DNA of 64,000 nucleotides, taken from NCBI GenBank assembly GCA_964570665.1, contig CAZMZH010000002.1, positions 301,642 to 365,641 on the forward strand, written 5' to 3'. Below are positions 50,200-57,652 of the stretch, one piece after another. Position numbers and translations under genes: made by a program. The stretch is from an uncultured Nitrospinota bacterium. Its GTDB lineage: Bacteria; Nitrospinota; Nitrospinia; Nitrospinales; JAJDAT01. The notes under the pieces are model-generated. The model was not told the DNA's origin and searched no databases. It was given only the letters and a program-made list of their open reading frames with translations. Position 1 is the first letter of the stretch. Every line of letters starts with the position of its first letter.

Positions 50200-50984
50200 G
50201 CGATCAAAATAATTTAGAAGACCAAGCGACGGAGGACGAGAGCCTTGAGCTTGAAGATAGTGAAGCCCTAGAAGAGGAAGAGCCGGATTTACAGGAAGAA
50301 CTTGACGACGATGAAGTGGAGTTTGACCTGGAAGCTCAGATTGAGTTATTTAGAAGCCAGATTGAAGAAGAACCTGAAAACTGCATCCACCACTATAATT
50401 TGGGCGAAGCTCTAGAGGAGCTAAGGCATTATGACGAAGCCTTAGAGGAATTTCAGCTGGCTTTGAAGTATGACGAAGATAATTCCTTTGGAGGAGTGAT
50501 TCATTTTGGATTAGGTAATTTATATTACAATAAACTTTTAGGTGGAGCTTCTTCAGACGTTATCAAAAGTTCTATTGGATTGTTAAATGAGCATAAAGAA
50601 AAAGATTCAATTACGGATGTTCTGGCTGAAGATTATCAAAACCCAATTAATGAATTTGAGCAGGCATTAAAATATTTGCCGATGCTGAAAGCAGACGATG
50701 ATTTAGCGGAATACATTTCAGAAAATGCCCCGTTATCGATAGCAAATATTTATTATAAATGGGCATCTGATTTAGTTGATAAGTCGAGACAGCTTACTAA
50801 CTATGGCGATGAAATAAACGATATTAAAAGAGCTTTGAAGCACTTAAAAAAAGTTTTAGAAATTGACCCTAATAATTCTCCTGCCGCCCTATTAGAAAAA
50901 TTGGGAAAAAAAATGTTAGCGGAAGGATGGATGATCTATGATGAGTACGGTTTTGAAGCTAAAAATATTCAAGGCATAGGTTAA
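50196..50984 (+). CDS. Acidic-N-terminus + TPR-like helical repeat protein
   Basis: ATGA overlap with the upstream gene. The first ~60 aa are almost all D/E. TPR-like units follow (HHYNLGEALEELRHYDEALEEFQLALKYDEDN; ALKHLKKVLEIDPNN). Confidence 0.6.
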   Translation: MSDQNNLEDQATEDESLELEDSEALEEEEPDLQEELDDDEVEFDLEAQIELFRSQIEEEPENCIHHYNLGEALEELRHYDEALEEFQLALKYDEDNSFGGVIHFGLGNLYYNKLLGGASSDVIKSSIGLLNEHKEKDSITDVLAEDYQNPINEFEQALKYLPMLKADDDLAEYISENAPLSIANIYYKWASDLVDKSRQLTNYGDEINDIKRALKHLKKVLEIDPNNSPAALLEKLGKKMLAEGWMIYDEYGFEAKNIQGIG

Positions 50985-51023
50985 TCGTTTAAAAGTATAA
51001 AAGAGTTAAAAAGGAATTTTTTT

Positions 51024-51419
51024 ATGGCTGACATTTTAGAGCTAATCGGCGAACGATTGAGTAAAGACGGTCAAGTCTTGAATCTCAAGGCCCAGTTTAT
51101 TCGAGAAGTAGGCGCGAGGAAGTTAGCGGAATGCGAAGAGCTTTCAAATTTAAGGGCGTTAGATTTAACTCAAAACGCTATTGGCGACGATGGAGCCAAA
51201 GCCATTGCGGAATCGCCTCATTTATCTAAAGTTAGAACTCTGAATTTAAAATCAAATGGAATCACTGATATTGGCGCGGAATACCTGGCAAACTCTACAA
51301 CTTTGAAAAGTTTAAAAAGTTTGCAATTGGTAGTCAATGATATTTCGGAAAAGGGCGAAAAACTGCTGATTAACTCTAAAAGCTTAACAAGTTTGACTTC
51401 CTTAAAATTCCGAGTTTGA
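51024..51419 (+). CDS. RNI-type leucine-rich repeat protein (131 aa)
   Basis: ~28-residue LRRs: LRALDLTQNAIGDDGAKAIAESPHLSKVRTLNLKSNGITDIGAEYLANSTTLKSLKSLQL. Confidence 0.8.
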   Translation: MADILELIGERLSKDGQVLNLKAQFIREVGARKLAECEELSNLRALDLTQNAIGDDGAKAIAESPHLSKVRTLNLKSNGITDIGAEYLANSTTLKSLKSLQLVVNDISEKGEKLLINSKSLTSLTSLKFRV

Positions 51420-51514
51420 GTATTTTTTTTTAAAAAAAATTATTAGAATTAATGGTTTATAAGTAATTGTTTTTATTAAGCTTGTGGGGTGCGCTGAAAA
51501 TAGAAAAATAGCGC

Positions 51515-51543
51515 TTGACTTATTTTGCCCGTTTTGATACTTT
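51515..51543 (+). promoter_or_regulatory. Candidate sigma-70 promoter of the small secreted protein gene
   Basis: TTGACT-N17-TACTTT. The -10 element is weak. Confidence 0.3.
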
Positions 51544-51673
51544 CGGTCCACAATCAAAGCCCAAAGACCCGGGCATAAAAAAACGAATATTAGGGTTCTT
51601 AGCCAATTTGAATATTTGTTAGGGATTATTTTGGAGTTAGTTTAACTTTTCAATTTTTTGAAAGGGGGAGACC

Positions 51674-52165
51674 ATGATGAGAAGGACGACTACCGTGGTT
51701 ATCACGGCCTTGGCGTTTTTTGCGCTTACCTCAATTGCTGCCGCTAATGTTTCAACTTTAAAGGCTGGCCAATCGAGTGTGTGTGAAGACGCTTCTTGGA
51801 TTATCTACAATGTAAGTGAAACCGATTCAACTAATGTCCAGTTTGATATTGGTCCTCATGCTTACGGTTGGGGTAAATGGTATAAAAGAGACTTGCCACC
51901 TGGTGGGTATCAAACCAACGCTATTGCCGTTAAAACAGATTTTAAGAATAATGGCCCAGGAGTAGTTCAAGTTAACTGCCAACGTCAGCGTTTTGACCGC
52001 CATGACTGGAAAATTGATGCTGGTTCTGGTAAAACCTACCAAAGTGATTATCATATGGACCATGTTCAACCTGGTACATATATTGAGCCTGGTTTAGGGT
52101 TGCCTGAGGGTACGGAAAGAGGAATTTTCTCTAACCAAAACCAAAAGCCTGAGTATCAAAGATAA
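51674..52165 (+). CDS. Small secreted protein (163 aa), unknown family
   Basis: Strong SD (AAGGGGGAG, 4 nt before the ATG). Signal peptide MMRRTTTVVITALAFFALTSIAAA|N. Two Cys. Followed by a canonical intrinsic terminator. Confidence 0.75.
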   Translation: MMRRTTTVVITALAFFALTSIAAANVSTLKAGQSSVCEDASWIIYNVSETDSTNVQFDIGPHAYGWGKWYKRDLPPGGYQTNAIAVKTDFKNNGPGVVQVNCQRQRFDRHDWKIDAGSGKTYQSDYHMDHVQPGTYIEPGLGLPEGTERGIFSNQNQKPEYQR

Positions 52166-52185
52166 GCCGAATTTAGTTCTATTAA

Positions 52186-52220
52186 AGCCGGAGGGGTTTT
52201 CCCCCTCCGGCTTTTTTTTT
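52186..52220 (+). terminator. Rho-independent terminator
   Basis: AGCCGGAGGGG-tttt(c)-CCCCTCCGGCT (11-bp GC-rich stem) followed by a T9 run, 21 nt after the stop. Confidence 0.88.
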
Positions 52221-52884
52221 GGCTTAAAAAATGGAAAGTCCTGAAATTTACAGTAAGGCTTTCTCTAAACTGTTTTAGTTGTGCTATCAGTGGAAATAAA
52301 AAAAACTAGATCGTTTCAGGTTAGGAAGATGGTATGTCAAAAGAAAAGGAACATGAAACTTTTAAGCTTTGGAAGTTGTAGAAGAATAGAGGATCCTCTA
52401 TGTTTAAAAATTTAATCTAATAATCGTTTTATAGTTTTTTGTGATTTTTTTAGCTTTTACCGCTATTTAATGGATATTAAAGAGAGTTTTTTTAATATTG
52501 GTTTTTGAAATTTATTTTATAAAAGGCTAATTTTTTTTAAGATTGACCAATTTTGAATTTGTATTTGATTTTGTTTTCAGAGAAAAATAACATTATATTA
52601 AATACGAGAGGTTTAGTTATATAAATTATTAGCGAGCATTGTTTGCATCGAAACAGTAGGTTTTTGAAAGGTTTTTGCCTTGAAAATTGCTTTTGCTAAT
52701 GTTACTTTATCTATATTCGATTTTAATTTTGATTGAATCTTTCTAGGGGAACACTCTGATATTGGCATTAGTTTGTCTTGGGAAGTTTGGCTCTTTTGAC
52801 TGAGAGTCGAAATGTTCTTTTTTCCGGGAAAACCGTCGATAGGGGTGTTTTTTTTTATTTTAAGCTAATTGTTTGGTTTTAATT

Positions 52885-53322
52885 ATGACTCAAGATTCAA
52901 GCTTTAAAGATAATAAAGATGGTACTGTTACCGACCTTGAAGAAGATCTTTGTTGGTGTAAAAAAGATTCAAGGGCAGAGCTTGAAAAGTGGCTCAATTG
53001 GGATGAAGCTATAGAGTATATGCGCGTATGTAACGAGCAAAAATACTTGGGTTTTGTGGATTGGCGTATGCCGACTAAAAGTGAATTACGCTCTCTGCTA
53101 AAAAATAAGAAAGATTATCGTCAAATTTTTCTAAATGAACCCCCTAAAGCTGAACGTAAAGTGTCCGATTATAAATCGGGGGGAGAACAAAGTCTTTGGA
53201 GTTCCGAGACAAGATATGGTTCATATGCATGGAAATCATACTTTCCTTCTGGTAAAGAAGTATGTGTCGATCAAAGCGTTGCGACAACAGGCACTTCAGT
53301 TCGCTTAGTTCGAGATCTTTAA
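52885..53322 (+). CDS. DUF1566/Lcl-C-like domain protein, leaderless
   Basis: FKDNKDGTVTD, DLCWCKKD, WLNWDEA, LGFVDWRMPTKSEL, LWSSE, VRLVRDL. The ATG at 52885 is preferred over the TTG at 52873. Confidence 0.72.
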   Translation: MTQDSSFKDNKDGTVTDLEEDLCWCKKDSRAELEKWLNWDEAIEYMRVCNEQKYLGFVDWRMPTKSELRSLLKNKKDYRQIFLNEPPKAERKVSDYKSGGEQSLWSSETRYGSYAWKSYFPSGKEVCVDQSVATTGTSVRLVRDL

Positions 53323-53387
53323 TATAAACTTGATATTTTTTAAGAAGTTTAATAATAGCGCTATTTTTATAATCAATAGGTGACCTT

Positions 53388-54023
53388 ATGGTTGATGAAA
53401 ATTTAACAGATCAAGGCGAAGATGAGCTTCATAAAGTCGACCAAACTCTGGATGATTCCGCGGAAAGCGAAGATTATGTAGTTGACGAGTGGGAAGGAGA
53501 CGAAGATTGGGGCGAAGAGAGTGAGGATGAAGAGTCTCCAATAGAAACTGACGCCCCAATTTATGTTGACAATGAAAATGGAACTATAAGCGATTCTCGT
53601 CATTTTATTATGTGGGCAAAAGCAGATTCATTTAAAGAATTTAATTACGGTATCAATTGGTATGAAGCTCATGATTACTGTGAAGCTTTAAACGAGAAAA
53701 AATTTGCGGGTTTTGACGATTGGAGATTACCAGGGTTTGACGAGGCTGTTACCTTGTTTTCTTTTGAAAAATCAAACTACGATAAAGACGATGCTGAGAT
53801 TCATATTGATCCAATTTTTGAGTCAAATGGCGGTCATAATACTTGGACATACGACGAAAAACCGGATTACCACCAGTATGCTATGAAGTTTAGTTATATT
53901 ACTGGAAATGAAATGTGGGAAAATAAAGATAATGAATATTCCCACGTCAGAGCTGTTCGGGACGAGCAAAAAGAGGATTGGGAACCTGAATGGAGAAAAG
54001 ATTCTAAGAAATATGGCGGATAG
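53388..54023 (+). CDS. DUF1566/Lcl-C-like domain protein with a ~55-aa acidic N-terminus
   Basis: YVDNENGTISD, FIMWAKAD, INWYEA, FAGFDDWRLPGFDEA, HIDPIF, TWTY, VRAVRDE. N-terminus DEWEGDEDWGEESEDEES. Confidence 0.72.
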   Translation: MVDENLTDQGEDELHKVDQTLDDSAESEDYVVDEWEGDEDWGEESEDEESPIETDAPIYVDNENGTISDSRHFIMWAKADSFKEFNYGINWYEAHDYCEALNEKKFAGFDDWRLPGFDEAVTLFSFEKSNYDKDDAEIHIDPIFESNGGHNTWTYDEKPDYHQYAMKFSYITGNEMWENKDNEYSHVRAVRDEQKEDWEPEWRKDSKKYGG

Positions 54024-54102
54024 TTTCATGTTAATTGAAATTATTAAGCGATAAGCTTTATTAATTTTTCAAATTAAAAAAGATTTTTTCGGAATATAGA
54101 GT

Positions 54103-54321
54103 ATGAGTAATTACATGATTTTTGGGAAAAGAGATTGCCCGCATACTCAGAAGGCGCTGGCTGATTATAAAAAAGAGTTAAAATCTTTTATGTTTATAGA
54201 TGTCGATAATAACCCACGGGGTTTAGAACAATTATTGGAATATTCTAATGGGAAATATATTGTGCCAGTGATTGTGAATGTTGACGAAGGAAACGTGGAG
54301 ATTGGCTACACAGGGGATTGA
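54103..54321 (+). CDS. Glutaredoxin/NrdH-like thioredoxin-fold protein with CPHT in place of CxxC
   Basis: 72 aa. MIFGKRDCPHTQKA (active-site position), a cis-Pro region YIVPVIV and a terminal GY, the usual Grx-like layout. The second Cys is replaced by Thr. Confidence 0.55.
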   Translation: MSNYMIFGKRDCPHTQKALADYKKELKSFMFIDVDNNPRGLEQLLEYSNGKYIVPVIVNVDEGNVEIGYTGD

Positions 54322-54426
54322 TTCCGATTTGAATTATATTTTTTGCGAATAGTAGAAGATTATGAAAAAACTTTTTGACATTATATCTGAGGTTTTTTTA
54401 GACTTTAAAGTGGAGGGTGAGTTTGG

Positions 54427-54930
54427 ATGAGCGATTTGCCAGAAGTAAAAAAAACCGACGAACAAATTGAAAAGGTTGAAGACGAGGGTCCTAAACGATT
54501 TGTCCCAAAAGGACCGTTCGTGATTTACGATACAGAAACGGGGATTTCATGGCTCAAAAAAGATTCCTGGCAAGATAAAGGAAAGTTTTTTAATTGGCAT
54601 GAATCTAGAGATTACGCGGATACAAAATGTATTCGAAAGATTGGTAAATTTGAGGATTGGAGATTGCCTTTAGCCGATGAAGCGCAAACTTTATTTGTTA
54701 AAGACAAAGAAATTGTTGGCAAAGGAGGAGTGAGTCTCCACTTAGATCCCGCTTTCCCTGAAGGGGCATTTAAGACTTGTTGGGTTGCTGGCGATACTTC
54801 GACTAAAAGACCTCGCTTTGATTATTCCGATGGGAAGCTATTAACAGCCGAAGAATATAGTTTTGGAAGCGTTCGATTATGTCGGAAAGATGCTGTTGGT
54901 AAAGCGCGCCGTTCCTTAAAGCGTGGATAG
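54427..54930 (+). CDS. Divergent DUF1566/Lcl-C-like domain protein, leaderless
   Basis: ISWLKKDSW, FNWHES, GKFEDWRLPLADEA, HLDPAF, CWVAG, VRLCRKD. The N-terminal DNGDGT block is degenerate. Confidence 0.62.
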   Translation: MSDLPEVKKTDEQIEKVEDEGPKRFVPKGPFVIYDTETGISWLKKDSWQDKGKFFNWHESRDYADTKCIRKIGKFEDWRLPLADEAQTLFVKDKEIVGKGGVSLHLDPAFPEGAFKTCWVAGDTSTKRPRFDYSDGKLLTAEEYSFGSVRLCRKDAVGKARRSLKRG

Positions 54931-54944
54931 TAAAAAATTAAAGA

Positions 54945-55403
54945 TTGCATTCAATGACAAGTTCCAACGATTCTAATTCGCAACGATTTATTGATTGCGA
55001 CGAAAATACTATTTTTGATGTTAAGACCCGATTAATGTGGTTTAAAAAAGATACTTGGCAGCTAAGCGGCAAGTGGTTGAGTTGGGTACAATGTCGAGAG
55101 TTCTCCGAAGAGCAAAACAAAAATAAGGTTTCAGGTTTTTCTAACTGGAGGATTCCCACAACTCAGGAAGCAAAGAGTATTTACGAAAAAAGCCAATCAA
55201 ATAAGGATCATATGGGGCAGATTGCCTGGTTGAATAATGCATTCGCTCCTGGTTTTGGTTTTTTGTGTTGGACAAGCGATGTTAGAAATAAGATTCAAGC
55301 GGTTAGGTTTAGCTATAGAAAAGGCGGAACTATGTACGACGATGTTTATAGAACGTCTCGAGGCTCTACTCGTTTAGTGAGGAATTTACAAAAAGACGAA
55401 TGA
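54945..55403 (+). CDS. DUF1566/Lcl-C-like domain protein, leaderless
   Basis: FIDCDENTIFD, LMWFKKD, WLSWVQC, VSGFSNWRIPTTQEA, CWTSD, TRLVRNL. TTG at 54945 or ATG at 54954. Confidence 0.7.
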   Translation: MHSMTSSNDSNSQRFIDCDENTIFDVKTRLMWFKKDTWQLSGKWLSWVQCREFSEEQNKNKVSGFSNWRIPTTQEAKSIYEKSQSNKDHMGQIAWLNNAFAPGFGFLCWTSDVRNKIQAVRFSYRKGGTMYDDVYRTSRGSTRLVRNLQKDE

Positions 55404-55416
55404 AAAAGAGGATAGT

Positions 55417-56325
55417 TTGGAAATAAAACAGAAAAATAGATTTGTCGATAATGGAGACGGTACGGTAACAGATATTGAATCGTCTTTGATATGGACTAAA
55501 GGGGATTCCTGGTTAGACCTGGAAAGATACATCACTTGGGCAGAAGCTCAAGAATATGTTCAAAAAAAGAATGATGAGAAATTGTCTGGCTATTCAGACT
55601 GGCGTGTTCCTAACGCTAAAGAAGCTAAAACCCTTTATGTTTATGAGTCGATAAATACGGACAAAGATGGGTGTGAAGTTCATATCGATAAATCGTTTTC
55701 TTCAGGCTGTGGATACACTACTTGGACTAGCGAAACGCGCGCGGCGAAACAAGCAATGGGCTTTGATTTTCGCGATGACTATGAATATTGGTTGGATAAA
55801 GATCACGATTCTTCATCAAGTAATGTGCGATTAGTACGAAGCGCTGGCGCTGAAAACTCGATGTTAATTTCCGTTGACGATGGTCAAGGGGGTGTCGAAG
55901 AAATTAGTCGTTTTGTGGATAATCGAGACGGCACCATTAGCGATCTGCAAACTAACCTTATGTGGGTAAAGCTTGACTCGCTTTTAGAGCTAGATAAATG
56001 GGTTAGCTGGGATGAAGCAAAAGTTTATGTTAAAGAATTATGCAGAAATAAATTTGCTAAATTTACTGATTGGCGGATGCCAACCAAAAAAGAGGCCTTG
56101 AGTATATATTGTCCTGGTCATGCAAACACCGATGTTTATGGAGATACAGTTTATTTACCGAAGCTGTTCCCCGCAGGTTGTGGCGTCACTACTTGGACAA
56201 GAACGTTAAATAAAAACGATGAACATTTGGCTATGCGGGTATTTTACTATAATGGCGATTTTAAATGGTACAAACGAGGGCTCCGAAGTCACGGGGTAAG
56301 ACCTGTTCGTCTTATAAAAGGATAA
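55417..56325 (+). CDS. Tandem double DUF1566/Lcl-C-like domain protein, leaderless
   Basis: TTG start with a GAGGA SD. Domain a: FVDNGDGTVTD...LSGYSDWRVPNAKEA...TWTSE...VRLVRS. Domain b: FVDNRDGTISD...FAKFTDWRMPTKKEA...TWTR...VRPVRLI. Confidence 0.78.
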   Translation: MEIKQKNRFVDNGDGTVTDIESSLIWTKGDSWLDLERYITWAEAQEYVQKKNDEKLSGYSDWRVPNAKEAKTLYVYESINTDKDGCEVHIDKSFSSGCGYTTWTSETRAAKQAMGFDFRDDYEYWLDKDHDSSSSNVRLVRSAGAENSMLISVDDGQGGVEEISRFVDNRDGTISDLQTNLMWVKLDSLLELDKWVSWDEAKVYVKELCRNKFAKFTDWRMPTKKEALSIYCPGHANTDVYGDTVYLPKLFPAGCGVTTWTRTLNKNDEHLAMRVFYYNGDFKWYKRGLRSHGVRPVRLIKG

Positions 56326-56338
56326 ATTTTTTAGAATT

Positions 56339-56761
56339 ATGGAAAAAAGGTTCACAGATAACGGAGATGGTACAGTTACGGATCACGAAATGAAGTTGAT
56401 GTGGAAGCAAACTGACGGTTTTCAGGACGATGGGGAGTTTATGAATTGGTATGATTCGCAGAAATATTTGAGAAATTTAAATATTGATAACTTTGCGGAC
56501 TTTAACGATTGGAGGCTCCCAACTTTAGAAGAAGCTCAAAGTCTTTACGATCCTGATAGGCGAATTCGCGATATGGATAGGTTCGAAATTTATATCGATT
56601 CTAGTTTTTCTCCAGGAGGTTCATATACGCTATGGACTAGCGATGAAAGGCCTTTTGAAAACGCAGTCGTTTTCTATTATAGATATGGATATGAGGACCT
56701 TGCTCAGAAATTTGGCGCTTATAATAAATGTAGCGTTCGCGCCGTTCGTTTAGTTGAATAA
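56339..56761 (+). CDS. DUF1566/Lcl-C-like domain protein, leaderless
   Basis: FTDNGDGTVTD, LMWKQTD, MNWYDS, FADFNDWRLPTLEEA, LWTSDE, VRAVRLV. Confidence 0.75.
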   Translation: MEKRFTDNGDGTVTDHEMKLMWKQTDGFQDDGEFMNWYDSQKYLRNLNIDNFADFNDWRLPTLEEAQSLYDPDRRIRDMDRFEIYIDSSFSPGGSYTLWTSDERPFENAVVFYYRYGYEDLAQKFGAYNKCSVRAVRLVE

Positions 56762-56902
56762 TGGTGATTTTTTAAAAGATCTATCAATTTTTAAAAAAGG
56801 AAATAAACCATCGAATCTTATCGCTTAATAAATCCGCAGGAGAGTCAGAATTCGGTTCTCACTTATAGGTTTGAAGAAGAGGATTTTGAAAATCTCTATG
56901 TT

Positions 56903-57550
56903 TTGGAAGACTATTATCACACTAATCCATTTTGCGATTATCAAAACGCATTAATTTCATTTAGGGATAGTGAAAAACCAGATAATCGAATTTCTTTTTT
57001 ACTTGGATTCAAAAAGACATATACGCTTCCTCCGAATCAGCCTACATTGACCAATGTTCAAACAGAAATTGTAAAACGTTTTGTAAAAGAGATTCCAGAA
57101 GAACTAATGGTTTTATTTAAACAACGTTATTTTGAGGCAAAAGCTTACGGTGAGAAAAACCCTATGTCCTATTTAGAATTTGAATCTGGACGATTTTTCA
57201 CTTTTGTTGAACTTTTTCCAAAAGCCAATAAACCGATTGAGTTTTCGTTAGATAGCGCTCAATACTTAATTGAAGACTCTTATGATATTGATCCTAATAA
57301 TAAAAATCGAACTGTTAAGCTGGCGTTTTTTAAGCTGGATTTAGAAGAAGAAAACAAACCGCCTATCTTTAATTATGCTTATTATTTTAATGAAGACCTA
57401 AGAGTGGCGGAAGATAAAAAAATTCCGGATGATCACAGCGCTTTAGTTGTTGCGTTGAATGCCTCTATTCCAAACTTACGAAATATGTTGAAAGATCGTT
57501 ACCGGGAAGCAAAAAGTCTTGGCGAAGAATTATTGCGAAAAAGCGCTTAA
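56903..57550 (+). CDS. Hypothetical protein (215+ aa); true start uncertain
   Basis: The ORF track starts at TTG 56903. The frame is open back to 56807 and reads like protein (TYRFEEEDFENLYV), with no ATG/GTG/TTG in that stretch. Confidence 0.55.
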   Translation: MEDYYHTNPFCDYQNALISFRDSEKPDNRISFLLGFKKTYTLPPNQPTLTNVQTEIVKRFVKEIPEELMVLFKQRYFEAKAYGEKNPMSYLEFESGRFFTFVELFPKANKPIEFSLDSAQYLIEDSYDIDPNNKNRTVKLAFFKLDLEEENKPPIFNYAYYFNEDLRVAEDKKIPDDHSALVVALNASIPNLRNMLKDRYREAKSLGEELLRKSA

Positions 57551-57652
57551 AAAATAGTTTTAAAAATTTTAGTAATATTTTTTCATAAACTTAATTGGTT
57601 ATTTCTTTTATGAAAAATCGATTTAGACAATTTAATCTTTACGAGAAATGTT

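Noticed and set aside
52763-52778. Sigma-54 promoter TGGCATtagtTTGTCT upstream of the 52885 DUF1566 gene
   Set aside because: The -12 element reads TGTC instead of TTGC, with the G shifted by one position. This is too weak to call, in contrast to the 11651-11666 site.
54319-54378. Selenocysteine read-through of the TGA ending the glutaredoxin-like ORF
   Set aside because: Read-through would add 18 residues (FRFELYFLRIVEDYEKTF) with no redox-motif logic. I see no stable SECIS-like hairpin in the 40 nt after the TGA.
54362-54430. 22-codon upstream ORF (MKKLFDIISEVFLDFKVEGEFG) whose stop overlaps the ATG of the 54427 gene as ATGA
   Set aside because: It has a poor SD, and ORFs of this length arise easily by chance in AT-rich DNA. 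The ATGA overlap is suggestive but insufficient without conservation or ribosome-profiling data.
49576-56761. Diversity-generating retroelement targeting the DUF1566 (C-type-lectin-like) genes
   Set aside because: No reverse-transcriptase ORF in the window. I could find no template/variable repeat pair (near-identical ~100-bp copies differing at adenines) among the 3' ends of the paralogues or in the 650-bp gap. The paralogues are diverged throughout.
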